Positions 1 to 11,562 of a DNA stretch of 64,000 bases are shown here, in pieces. The position numbers and the translations under genes were made by a program. The notes below the pieces were generated by a model that did no database searches, was not told the DNA's origin, and was given only the letters and a program-made list of their open reading frames with translations. Origin of the DNA: Anthoceros angustus (taxonomy: Eukaryota; Plantae; Anthocerotophyta); contig MU008182.1 of the NCBI GenBank assembly GCA_010909165.1, positions 954,954 through 1,018,953 of the forward strand. The letters are read 5' to 3'. Each line of letters opens with the position of its first letter. Position 1 is the first letter of the stretch.

Positions 1-791
1 CTGGCCTCACCTTCATCTACATACCCGCATCCAAACAACAGAGAAAAAGAGACCAGTATGGACCAACCACCATTCCTCGTAACCACAAAACAAGACAGTG
101 AACTCCAAATACACATACCTCCCGTTGAGTCGGCGTGAACTTCCAGGGCATACCATCCGCCACATCCGCATTAAACTGCACTACCAGCTCCCTACCGAGA
201 GACACATTCACAAACCCTATCGATTAGGGTACGCCGAGCCTTCCCCCCACAAATTCACTCCCCTCCACAGCATCCAAGGCAGCAGCAGGAATTCACCTGA
301 CCGGCGCGGCGGAGGCTTCAGCATCCTGCCTTGCAATCTTTTCCTCCACTGTCTGCAAGCAGCCACTGAGCGGATGAACCAGTTCCTTTGCCACGACAGG
401 ACCGGAAACCCATGGGCACAGCAAATCCTTCATGTCACAACCAGCTCACCTCACGCCGCTTCACAGTCCCCCCATAACCAGTGGCCTGGCAGAACTTCCG
501 GTACAGCGGCACGGAAGCGTACGTGCATCCCACCATAGCCACAACCAAGGCGGTGAGATACATCAGCGTTCCCTGCGAATTTTTCTGCCCCGGATGTGCC
601 CTGGCAGCAGCCCCATTTACAAAATTCCTCCTCAGAGCTGGGCTCCCAGGATCCCCTCCAGCCTGCGAGCTGAACCTACAACCTCCCCCTGCCCCTGCCA
701 CTCCAGCCTTGCACTCCGCTCCCAAAATCCACCCTCGTCGAGCACCCGCATCCAAACCCCACCACACCCTTCGACCGCAATGCCGCAACAT
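1..791 (-). CDS. COX11: Cytochrome c oxidase assembly protein COX11, 5' part (exons ~791-450, ~352-298, ~193-118, ~18-1; gene continues beyond the window)
   Basis: Exons encode YLTALVVAMVGCTYASVPLYRKFCQATGYGGTV, TVEEKIAR and RELVVQFNADVADGMPWKFTPTQREV, which are COX11 hallmarks. Introns are GT-AG. The Arg-rich N-terminus from ATG 791 resembles a mitochondrial presequence. Confidence 0.92.
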
Positions 792-1496
792 TCTCCCACT
801 CCAGCTCCGCACCTTCCCCTGTTCCGCGCATCAGCTCTCAGCTCCCCTCGACTCGAGCTACTCCTCTTGTCAATCCATACCCATCGAGATCAAGCCAGGA
901 TCAACAAGCAAGCAGCAAAAGTCGAAATTTCTCTGAATCGCATAAAATCGACTAACAGTAACTCGTTCCCGCTCCCGAATTAGGGCAGCAATACATTCAG
1001 ATGCTTTCATCTTCAATTTGTCTGAGTGCGAAGCAGATTCCTTCCACCGTGTGTAATAAGGACAACTGTGGATTGCACAGAAGAGAGCGAAAATGGAAAA
1101 GGACAGCATTGCAGGTAACCGAGAGATGCTGTCCGGAGACGATGTGAATCAAAACGACACAAAATGCATTAGGCAATTGAGGCAAACAAAGCATCGTGAA
1201 CGAAAGAGAATTTTACACAACCGTCAGCAGAAGTGCAGACGCAGCGCTCCGGACGTGGAATGCTGGCCAAGTTCTCCACATTCGGCTTCTAGGTGCAAGA
1301 CATTCGACATTCGGCAAGCGACTGCTCGAACTTGCTGACGGGGGAGAGTGATCTGCTGTCGCAGCAGCAGCGAAAGAACCAGCATTGTACAAGACAGGAT
1401 CTAGCCGGCATCACACAATGACCCCAGCCGCGGAGGACATCAGCGAATTGGGTTTCAAGCGCGCGAGCTTGAAGGGAAAGGACTAAATTCAATAAT

Positions 1497-2464
1497 CTAA
1501 TTCCCGGGGACGAATTTGGTGGCATAGGCCCAGGCGTTGTTGTTGGAGGGGTCGGCCAGGTGGTCGAGGAGGTTCTCGATGGGGCCCTTGCCGGTGACGA
1601 TGGCCTGCACAAAGAAGCCAAAGGCGGAAAACTGGGCCAGTCTTCCATTCTTGATCTCCTTCACCTTGAGCTCGGCGAAGGTGTCGGGGTCGTCGGCGAG
1701 GCCCAGGGGGTCGAAGGCGCCGCCGGGGTAGAGCGGGTCGGTCACCTCGCCCAGGGGCCCGCCCGCAATGCGGTAGCCCTCCACCGCCCCGATCAAGATC
1801 ACCTGCACGGCCAGCACGGCCAGGATGCTCTTTGCGTGGATGAGAGCCGGGTTGCCCAGGTAGTTGAGCCCCTCCTCGGAGAAGATGACGGCGCCGGCCT
1901 TGAACCACACGGGCTCCTGGATGGGCACCCCGTACTTGGCCAGGATCTCGGGGGTCACGATCCCGAGCGTTCCCAGCAAGGCCCACCGCGAGTGGATCAC
2001 CTCCAGCTCCCGGTTCCTGGCGAACGTCTCGGGATCAGACGAGAGGCCTGCCGTGTCCCAGCCGTAGTCGCCCGGGAACTCGCCCTTGAGGTAGCTCGGG
2101 GGCTCGCCGGAGAGCGGGCCGAGGTACTTGGGCCTGTCGGGCCCGTACCTGCGCAACACACCATTCACGATTCATTCCCACGAGAATCATTCATTCTATC
2201 AATCCATCAATCAATCAAACAATCAAACAATCAAACAATCCCGCCTTGCCGGGCCGGCTGCATTGCATCCCACTGGAATGCAATTGAGAAGGGGGCGATG
2301 GAGTACCAGATGCTGTCGGACTTGGAGGCCTGCGTCTTGCGCATGGTGACCCTGGCGTCCGCAGCCCTGCCGCCGTTCACCTTCCTGGAGAGCTCGGAGG
2401 GCGCCTTCAGCACGGCCTGGCCGGCGAAGGTGGCGCTGCTGATGCATGCCGAGACGGCGGCCAT
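1497..2464 (-). CDS. Lhcb: Light-harvesting chlorophyll a/b-binding protein, major LHCII type (exons 2464-2307, 2148-1497); mature protein has no Met or Cys
   Basis: Transit peptide ends VTM|RKT. WYGPDR trimerisation motif is split by one GT-AG intron. Contains [30 protein letters not shown] and DHLADP. Confidence 0.97.
2195..2240 (+). repeat. Short (AATC/AATCAAAC)n microsatellite in the Lhcb intron
   Basis: Sequence tcaatccatcaatcaatcaaacaatcaaacaatcaaacaatc. Confidence 0.8.
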
Positions 2465-2708
2465 GGCTGCTTCCGCCGGTGCCCGGGGAGGAGAAGAGAG
2501 CAGGCGACGGAGACAAGTCAGCTGGAGGACGCGATGCCGATGTCCGTGAAATCACTGCTCGCACAATATATATGTTTGGTAGGCGGGCGGGGCGCGCGGC
2601 CAGGTGCATGCACCGACGGTAATCGGCAGGGCCCAATCGGGGGCCAGGATTCCCTCCAGCGCTTCAACTACGGTTCGGGCGACTGACTGCGGGTTACTTC
2701 TGTGGCGT

Positions 2709-2728
2709 ACGTGCATTGAACCTGGATA
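2709..2728 (+). promoter_or_regulatory. UPE-box-like element (putative SLIM1/EIL3 sulfur-deficiency site) upstream of Lhcb
   Basis: ACGTGCATTGAACCTGGATA versus recalled consensus AGRTWCATTGAAYCTRGACR, with an unbroken CATTGAACCTGGA core about 245 bp upstream of the ATG. An extra TEBS (AYGWAYCT) match ATGAATCT lies at 2982-2989. Confidence 0.6.
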
Positions 2729-3488
2729 GGCGAGGCGACAACATAAGCCTGCACCAACGCTCCTTCATGTTGCATCGCCTGTGAGCGTCTAAGGGGGCTG
2801 AAGTTTTAAGGCTTGAAGGACTCGACCACTTCAATTTGGCAGCATTAGCTCTACTCTATGTAAGCCAGTTCCACCACACTAAAAAGGAGGAGATATGTTT
2901 GAAGTTACATTGGATAAGGTTCGGTGTGAAGATAATGTCCTTGAACAAGTATAGTCTTGTCACCTCTTACTGTGCAGTAAAATGAATCTGTAGTAGCCTC
3001 AAGGTTCTATTTTTTCAGTTTATGGAAACATTGATGGGTAGTGTTGGAGTTGTGGGGTACAGGATCCGAGAAAGAAGGAGAGGAGAAGGAGTCTATGCGA
3101 CAAAGATCTGTATGATTCAGATTAAATTTATGTCTCGTTATATGTAGAAATGTAAACCTTCAAAAAAATAAGAAGGCGGTGATTAATAAAGGTTTACCTA
3201 CAACAATAACAATCAAATTTCATGCACATAAGTTGCACACTTGCTTCCTAAAATGGAATTCTTTTCCCATAGTCATCTCTAAATGTATATACTTATATCA
3301 AATAATTGTATTTCCTACACTTTTCTGTACAAAACAATTTGTTACATCAAGTTTTTGTAGTACTTAAATCGATTTTGGGACGATTTACTGGAAACAAAGA
3401 GATGAGATATAACAGCCCATCTTCTATACTATGTATTGCTAAAGAGAGTTTCATTGCTAAAGGCACCATTACCCTATCTAACCTCATT

Positions 3489-4781
3489 TCAAGTAGTAAA
3501 GATTATTTCAAGTAGAAGCTTTACGAAAAGGTCCAAAGGATCTTCCGATATAGTAGATAGTTCTAAATAAAATTTCATATATATACCATTAAATCTTGTT
3601 TGATCTTCATGAGTTTTCAAGCGCAACATATTTAACAATTCAGCTCTCATAGAATCCAAATCAGTTTGTTGTCCGTCATGCAATAGGTAGTTTTGTATTT
3701 TTGCTAGCAATTCAGTTCTTTTGAAAAGGAAAATTTTCATTCTCCCCGCCAAATCAAGTCCATCAGGACCGAAATCCATTGACATCTCATCATCATCCTC
3801 GTCATCATCATCATCATCGTCGGCATCATCTGTATCGTCATCATTTGTATCATCATCATCATCATCGTCGGCATCATCTGTATCGTCATCATTTGTATCA
3901 TCATCATCATCATCGTCGGCATCATCTGTATCGTCATCATTTGTATCATCATCATCGTCGGCATCATCTATATCGCCATCATTTGTATCATCATCATTTG
4001 CGTCTTCATCATCTTCATCATCATCATTTGCGTTGTCATCATGTGCGTCGTCATCATCTGCATCGTCATCATTTGTGTCGTCATCATTGGCATTGTCATC
4101 ATCCGCATCAAATGCGAGCCTCAAAATTACACCATTAGGATCAAAATCCATTGACATCTCGTCATAATACTCGCAGTCATTATCTGCATAGTCATCATCT
4201 ACATCGTCATTATTTGTGTTGTCATGAACAAGGTCGTCATCATCCGCATCAAATGCGAGCTTCAAAATTACTCCATTAAGATCCAAATCCATTGACATCT
4301 TGTCATGATGCTCGCCGTCATCATCTGCATAGTCATCATTTGCATCATCATCATCCGCCTCCTCATCATCTGCGTCCTCATGAGCGAGGTCATCATCATC
4401 CGCATCCCCATCATGCTCGCCGTCATCCTCTACATAGTCATTATCTGCATCTGCGTCCTCATGAGTGAGGTTGTCATCATCCGCATCGTCATCATCAGCG
4501 ATATCATCATCATCATCCTTGATTGACATTTCTCCATCATCCTCCATTGCTATCTCATCATCATCCTTGTCATCATAGTTTTCGATTAACATCTCTTCAT
4601 TATGCAACCATGGCATGAGACATGTCTCGCGAAATAAGTGAGGACATGTATTTATTTGTGGAATCTCTTTCGCTAGTTTAATGTTCTCTCTTGAGATAAA
4701 ATTTTTCCTCTCTTTAGTCTCATTATATTTATATAGGGTTGTTGTCAATTTTTCTTCTCCTGGTGGAACATTAAAATCCAT
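3489..4781 (-). CDS. Orphan, extremely Asp-rich protein (430 aa from ATG 4781), intronless
   Basis: Uninterrupted 1293-nt ORF with a central poly-Asp region built from repeated units (MSMDxDxNGVILxLAFDADDD; TNDDDTDDADDDD) and non-repetitive N- and C-terminal regions. No recognised family; expression unknown. Confidence 0.5.
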   Translation of the reverse strand: MDFNVPPGEEKLTTTLYKYNETKERKNFISRENIKLAKEIPQINTCPHLFRETCLMPWLHNEEMLIENYDDKDDDEIAMEDDGEMSIKDDDDDIADDDDADDDNLTHEDADADNDYVEDDGEHDGDADDDDLAHEDADDEEADDDDANDDYADDDGEHHDKMSMDLDLNGVILKLAFDADDDDLVHDNTNNDDVDDDYADNDCEYYDEMSMDFDPNGVILRLAFDADDDNANDDDTNDDDADDDDAHDDNANDDDEDDEDANDDDTNDGDIDDADDDDDTNDDDTDDADDDDDDDTNDDDTDDADDDDDDDTNDDDTDDADDDDDDDEDDDEMSMDFGPDGLDLAGRMKIFLFKRTELLAKIQNYLLHDGQQTDLDSMRAELLNMLRLKTHEDQTRFNGIYMKFYLELSTISEDPLDLFVKLLLEIIFTT

Positions 4782-4928
4782 TTCGTGGACGATGAAGCAG
4801 CCAAAAGCCAACTTGCGTTCAAATGAACTTAAAGAGGTATGTGCAGATAGATCTCACACACAGAAGAAACTAGCGCCCGTCGCACTGCAAAGCAACAAAG
4901 CTGCCATGCCCAAATGTCATGGTCAGCA

Positions 4929-5420
4929 TGTAGGCTGTTGGCATCACAGGTCAAAAATGAACGGTCAAACCACTAGCTATAGGCTTGGCAAAGACTACTG
5001 CCTACAATAGGCCTAGAGCCCGCGAACAGAAAAACGGGCTTGGAGTTTGTGTCCTCTTCACCGGAATGCGACCCCAAGATGTTGCAAAAGAAAGTTTAGC
5101 GAAGAAGTATGGCTGCCTCTTTATTAGACAAACATCAACAGTCCACTTAGCTTGGAGTGTTGAGCTACATATATAGCCTATGGTGTCCGCCACCTCTCGC
5201 TATTGCATACTGCTTAGCTCTATGGAGCACGCGCCAAGGTAATATAACTATTTAGTCCTTGGCCTTTGGCAATAATGCCTGCTTGGAAATAATCCTTTAT
5301 TTCCTTGGCCCTTGGTAATGATGAGACTCATTACCTATTTCCTTGGTCTTCGACCCACGTTTATATTGTTTATGGCTAAGTTAATGTTACAAGCTTAGTT
5401 CTAGAGCCAAACTTATAACA
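4929..5420. mobile_element. Possible solo LTR
   Basis: Starts TGTA, ends TAACA, flanked by CAGCA/CAACA (5-bp near-TSD, one mismatch). Internal TATA-like site and short TCCTTGGCC repeats. Confidence 0.25.
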
Positions 5421-6848
5421 CAACACCTAGTGTTAAAAATAATGATCTTCTCACCTCCTTTTATATCCTTCAAGCTCACCCCGTATAAGCAATTACTAAT
5501 TGTAAGAATACATATAATCATATATCTATTTAACTACCCATTAAGGCAGTTTCTTCTTCTGAAATTGCATGCCACCACATGCAGCCATGCTTGCAAATAT
5601 GCAAACAATTCACCAGGCAGATACTATATGTAGCTTTTATTTTCACTTGTTACTTTTTTCAGTAGAACCTATAAAGGTAAGATGTTTTTGTTTCACATCT
5701 CTAAAGTATATTCTCTATTTCATGGTGAAGGGAACTTAATGTGATCTTTGGGACCTAATTTTGGAATATCTAAAATAGATTGGATAATCTATCTCTATTT
5801 CTTTTTGAGTATTTATTATAATTAATTAATTAATTAATTGATCATTTACAAGAATACCACCAAAACAGCAGATGAAAGGCATGACCACATCCTTCCAGAG
5901 CTGTCCTCACTCAAAATTCTATATTTTATGTTTTAAATAATTATTTTGAAATTTATTTATAAAATTTAATATTATTTTTATAATAATTATCTATAATTTT
6001 TTGAAAATTTAAATAAATATAAGTTCGCGCTCAACAAATTGTTTTAGAATAGCTTAGTTCACCCCGGAGATCTTGGCTTTTGGCTTATCAACAGGACTCA
6101 TGGGCAGCATTACCACGTTTGCATCCTAGAACTAGCACATGCTTGAATTCCTTACCTACCGCTTGAACTTCTCAATGGCTTCTCTCTCTTGTTTCAAATA
6201 CTTACCGGTTGAACTACTCTCTCGGGGCCAACTTACTTTTGACTTGGGTGACCAGGTGGTGCAAATTTGGTGGTAATAAACCCTCCCCAATATAGTTTGT
6301 GAGCATGTCATCGTCAACCCTCTGGGCTGGGCGGCGTAGGGATTCGTGATTGCCAAGGTTTACAAGTACACCCCATGCATGAAGGCCATGCTTTCATTCC
6401 CCTTACTATTGAGAACGTGAATGGACTTCATGGTTGGGGTGTGGTTGGGCTCAAGTTTTGAACAAAACCAAAATCGAGTCACACCAATATTGCTTCAAAC
6501 AAGTTCATGTATTGAACCATGGTTGCTTGTATGGTATGTATGAATTACAGTTTCAACCAACCATGGGCTCAGACCAAAACTTCCCCCTTTTATCGAGTTT
6601 GGCATGAAAACTGATTTGAAGTTAAAATTCGTATATAGTACAAGTAAAATAATTAATCTAAGTAAAAAAAATTTCTTCTTCTTTTACTACTACCAAGCTT
6701 AAGAAAAAATCATTTGTGTTAAGACGGTTAAGTTTGACTCAGGTTCCATTACGTACGAGATAAAGTTTCGTGACCGTAGTTCATGAGCTGCATTTGAACA
6801 AACTTTGTCCATCGCCCTGCTGAGGGCGTTGGCAAATGCTGTTTGGAG

Positions 6849-6935
6849 GATGACTTTGAATGCGGGAGATGCTGTAGGATGACTTCGAATGCGGGAGACG
6901 CTGAAGGACGACTTCGAGTGTGGGAGACGTTGCAT
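6849..6935 (+). repeat. 3 x 29-bp tandem repeat
   Basis: GGATGACTTYGAATGCGGGAGAYGCTG repeated three times with substitutions. Confidence 0.85.
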
Positions 6936-7007
6936 CTTCAGCTGTGGTGGTAAGTAGGCCCTTCCTTACTCTTGACTACGACATGTTGGGGGCGGTAGAC
7001 AGCTTCA

Positions 7008-7147
7008 CGGTAGACAATTGTGGGGGCTAGTTCCCCTTAACCTGGGCCTTGTAGTGGGTTGTTCCCAACCACCATGGTAGACAATCGCGGGGGATAATTA
7101 CCCTTAGCCTGGGCCTTGTAGTGGGTTGTTCCCCACCACCACGGTAG
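7008..7147 (+). repeat. 2 x ~67-bp tandem repeat
   Basis: GGTAGACAATyGyGGGGG...CCTGGGCCTTGTAGTGGGTTGTTCCC occurs twice. Confidence 0.85.
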
Positions 7148-7267
7148 GGATGGGACCTTTTTAAATTGCAATCCTTGCAATTTTTATAAAGTCTCTATTC
7201 CACTATTATAGTAGGTGGTCAAATTAGCTTATATATCTTCTAGAGGTAACTTGCAATATTTTTTTTT

Positions 7268-7460
7268 GTCCAAATAGCCTAGGCCAAATGGACTAACATT
7301 TATAAGAACTTCCTGATTAAGCATCCTGAACTTAGATCGGGACTTAAATGAGATTCCTAAAGGGAGTGGGTGCCCTTGGTGCAAGTAGCTTAGGCACACA
7401 ATGGTACAAGTTGATAAGTACCAAGTCCCATGTTCCACTAAATAAAATTCTTCTTCTTCT
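7268..7460 (+). mobile_element. ~190-bp dispersed repeat (SINE-like or LINE 3' end) ending AATAAAA+(TTC)n; copy A
   Basis: Reverse complement aligns with 41811-42033 and 42034-42258 (shared core GTGCCTAAGCTACTTGCACCAAGGG). Confidence 0.7.
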
Positions 7461-7561
7461 TAAATTTATGATAAGAATATTAATTACAAATTTATTTTTC
7501 TTTACTTTAAATCCATGTATTCACACACCACGCATCCTTGATAAGCAAGTTCATACCTAGC

Positions 7562-7690
7562 AACTTTCAACTTGTGTGTCCGAAGATAGTTTCAAACTAG
7601 TGTGCAGAAGATGGTTTCAACTTGCGTTGATGAAGATAGTTTCAACTTTCGTTCATGAAGGTAGTTTCAAACTTCCGTGCATAAAGATAG
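7562..7690 (+). repeat. Degenerate ~25-bp minisatellite (GAAGATAGTTTCAA(A)CT plus variable linker), ~5 units
   Basis: Direct inspection of repeated gaagatagtttcaa units. Confidence 0.75.
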
Positions 7691-7885
7691 AGTGTTACAA
7701 CTTTCTCCGCTTCTAATACACAGCATCCCATGTCCACACCGACATCCCATAAGAAGTAATGTACAACACAGTTTTAAAATGAAACCATCTCTAGTCCAGA
7801 CATAGCCCAACACGTAAAGAGACATGACTTCTGCCATACGGCGTGGACATAAAATGTTATTTGTTCCAACAAAACTTACCCCGCG

Positions 7886-10800
7886 TCAAGAAATTGACGG
7901 CAGCGGAAAGGGCTCTCGCTGGTGAGATTGACGCGATGAAGAGGCTCTAGGAGCTACAGGCGAGGGGACAGACAGAGTAGCCATGGTGTTAGAAAAAGCA
8001 AGTTGCGGCACTTGCAAAGAATTGACGACTGATGAACCAAAAGGGAGCTGGCTGGTCTGAATTGTCGGTATACATGGTACAGACTGCGATGACTGCAGGC
8101 TCTGGGATTGTTCTGGAGCTTTGTGTTCAGGTGGTTCTGAGGATTGGACGGCTTCTGAGCCTTCCACTGATGTTGAGGCTGGGTCCAGTGGGTGATCTGA
8201 AGAAACCGGGACTGGGGTATTAGAAGCAGGACTTGGGACTGGTGATAAAGTTGGGTTACTGGAAAGTGAGCCCTTACCGACGTGTGCCAAAGCTTCTGCC
8301 TTCATCTTGTTGGACCTCGCCGCTTCAAAGTAGGGATCTGCAGCCAAAGCCCGATCAAATGACGCTATTGCAAGATCCCAATCTCCCTCTGCAATGTGCA
8401 GGAGGCCCAGGTTATTGTAAGCTGGTGCGTAGTCGGGACATAGCTCCAGCGCCTTCCTGTAAACAGCATGAGCCTCACTGAAACGCTTCTTTTGCCGGTA
8501 CAGATTCCCCAGGTTTGAAAGAATGGTGTGTACTAGCTCTGGACGAGCAAGAGCAAGGGCCTGTTTATATACGGCTTCAGCACCAGATGGGTCGTCCGAA
8601 AACTGAAGGGCAATACCTGGGAGACAGTAGACAGCGTTCAGTCATATTGATCACAGATGAGGTTGACCCTACGGTTCATTCCTGCTTCTAGTTAACAACA
8701 GCAGCAACTCCTCATATCTCTGCAGGGCATGAGTATGCAAGCATCAACTAGAGTACACGAATGTCACCTAAATTGGACCATGAAACTGGGCAGTTATGCC
8801 GTCTGGCAATTGCCGCTCTGAAGTACTTGAGTGCATCCCCAAATTGTAACGTACATAGTGTATGTAATCCAAGCTGATGCCACGGGACAGCATTGTTTGG
8901 ATCTTCTTCTATTGCCTGCAAATACCCCAGATTTCTGTAAGAAAAGCTGGAAATACAAGAATAGCCCCAACACGTCATCCTTTTGCCAAAGTCACATGAG
9001 CGGATGTATGCTGACCTGGTGAAGACTTTGAATAGCCCGATCTTCTACTTCTTTGAGATCCAAGCCACCTCCCTCAAACGACGCTACAGTTTCATGCTGA
9101 GCCCTGTTAACCATAGCCAAACCGGCCCATGCTAGATGGGGCTGCACGGTCGTAGAGTCCCCTTCTCGTAAAACAGATGCCATTTCATTTGCTGCCCAGT
9201 TGAGCTGCTCAGACTGCTCTGCAGAGCCATCCAGCCGCTCAACATCCCGTAACCGATGAGCAGCGACAGCAAATCGAGTTGACATCCTAGACGGCTCCAA
9301 CTTTGCTGCCTGGAAAAACCCAAAAGTGACGGGATTTAGGGGGCAAGAGAATACAAGATACCATAACCATTTCCAAGAAGAAACAAATCACAAGTGGGAA
9401 ACATTCACTCAACCTAGGAGCTGTAAGTATCGTACCTGTTCCAAGCACTTATTTGCATCCCATATGCTGCCAGATGCTGCATAGGCTGCTGCAAGATTGG
9501 CCCATATATGACCAGCTTTAGGATCATCCTTCACAGCAGACTGCAGACATTGTTGAGCTGCGACAGCCGCAGTGTGCTGCAAGGAGTAGACACCGTTGTA
9601 CCCCTCAGATCCTGCTGCTGTCCCTAAAAGTGCGGTTCACAGACACCGTTCAATATTGGAAACAAGTACAATTTCATGCACGAAACGTTTTTGAGTGAAT
9701 GGTGCAAACCTGAGAAGCCATATTGATGTATCAGAAGGGCCCCATAGTTTACTAAGGCACCTGGGTGAGTTCTTTCCTTCTCCAGCACAGCTTGAAAACA
9801 ACGCGTCGCATTCAAGAGATGTCCACTGCAATTTCAGAATCAACTGTTACGAGCTCCAAAATACAACTTCCCCTACTCATCAAGGACCTTGGCATCCACG
9901 TAGGAACCTCAACGTTTCGTAAGCAGTATATACAGCAAAAACTGAAAAGGCTACCTTTGCATGTACGCGACACCCAGGTTGGCCAATGCATCCAGATAGT
10001 CTGGAACGATACTCAACAGTGCTGAAAAAACAGCCACAGCACTCTGTCCAATGACAACAAACACGTAAGCAAAAAGTTAAGAAATTCAGTACCAACGATA
10101 TTCAGTGTAAAGCAAGCAAGCAAGATCACCTGTACTCGCCCAGTCCTGAGGAGCAGCAGTCCTAAAGTGTTCCAAATCGAAGCTTGGCCACTGTCTTCTT
10201 GTGCCCCTTCCCTTACCTTACTGGTCACACCCTCCAACTCCTCTTTTTTCAACTCTTTCCCCGAATGTCCCAGTTGGACCGTGAGGTTGCTGTGCAACAA
10301 ACACTGCATTCCCAACGGCTGTTATATCAGAAGAATCTACGAAAACATGATTCAAATCTTGATCTTTCAATAGGATTTCCTCTTAGGTCAACTGCATTCT
10401 CTGAATATGGATTCCTTCCACAACTCAGAATCCTAGAGCACCCTACCTCTGCCTGGTGGATCTGGACGAGCTGAAGGAACTGCGCTCTGTTTTGTCCACT
10501 CTCTTCCTCTGACTGCTTAAGGATCTCGGCAGCCTTTTCGAAGTTCGTGGCGGCCTGCCAGGATGGAGAGAGTGTTGTGAACTTGAAGTCATGTACAAGA
10601 CTTTTAAAATACAGTGCTCAACTCACGAAACACTCAAATTGCATCATACCAGAATAAGCCGTGTCTAAGAAAATGCTTACTTTAGCAGGCTGCCCCAAGC
10701 GCTGAAACATGAGCCCCAGGAAAAACTGCGCGTGCGCATTCTTAGGCAGCTTCCGCGCAACATGCATGAGCCCCTGCACAAATTGTAGGACAACGATAAG

Positions 10801-11562
10801 CCACCTCCGCGTCAAACACGCAAGAGCAAAACCCGCACTCTAAAGCTCGGTCTCACTCATCGTACCGCCTTCAAGCTCTTGAGTTTCTCCTCCCTCGTGG
10901 TTGGAACGCCCGTTACTTGAGAATCCGTATCACCGTCCAGCCCCGTATCAAGGTGTTCGCTCTTCGGCTTTGCGCGTGACTTGGCTGGCTTGGCTGCCTT
11001 CCTCAAATCCTCTCCATCTTTCACCACCGGGCCTTCCTTACTCCCTTTCTTCCTCTTCCTCTTCTCTTCAGGCGGGGACGCCCTGATCAGCGCAGGAAAC
11101 AAGAAAAAGACGGAATCTCATTACACGTGGCAGCAGAATCAACAATTCCCTCCTCCGCGTCACTTTACAGCAACAAACCGCACACGGCTCGGCGAAATAC
11201 CTGCTGCATTCCTGGTGCGGCATGGTGGCCGCACTGGGAGTGCTGTCGCTGGGAACCGGACCATCCGCCTCCCCGTCGCTGGCCGGCGGCTCCGCATTCA
11301 GGTCGGCAAAACCTCCCTCCCTGGTTGCGCGCAGCCCGGGCTGCGCCTGCGAGCTTGCCGCCACACCGTTCACATGGCTCATCCCTCCCTGCTGATACCC
11401 GCCCTGCTGCGCATACGGATTCTGATGCTGCTGCTGCTGCTGCTGATGTTGCTGCTGCTGCTGCAGCAACGCCTGCCTGTGCAGCGCCTGCTGGTGCGCC
11501 GCCTGCTGCTGCAGCATCTGCTGGTGCGCAGTCCCTGACGGAACCAAGCCCCTGGGATCCAT
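7886..11562 (-). CDS. Multi-exon tetratricopeptide-repeat (TPR) protein with poly-Gln N-terminus and Ser/Pro-rich tail
   Basis: Exons encode GLMHVARKLPKNAHAQFFLGLMFQRLGQPAKA, ASIWNTLGLLLLRTGR, AVPWHQLGL and PAYNNLGLLHIAEGDWDLAIASFDRAL (TPR helices). GT-AG introns. A CAG-run encodes the polyQ near 11425-11466. Confidence 0.85.

Noticed and set aside
3721-4167. Poly-Ser, poly-His and poly-Met ORFs overlapping the Asp-rich ORF
   Set aside because: Shadow frames of the (GAT/ATC)n repeat. Only the Asp frame extends into non-repetitive sequence on both sides.
2877-5432. CACTA...TAGTG as CACTA transposon ends around the Asp-rich ORF
   Set aside because: Only 5 bp are inverted, and the 3-bp flanks (CCA versus TTA) do not form a TSD.
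7562-7690. Repeat-spacer pattern resembling a mini CRISPR array
   Set aside because: Linkers are only ~8-10 nt and resemble each other, there are no cas genes, and the context is eukaryotic. It is a minisatellite.
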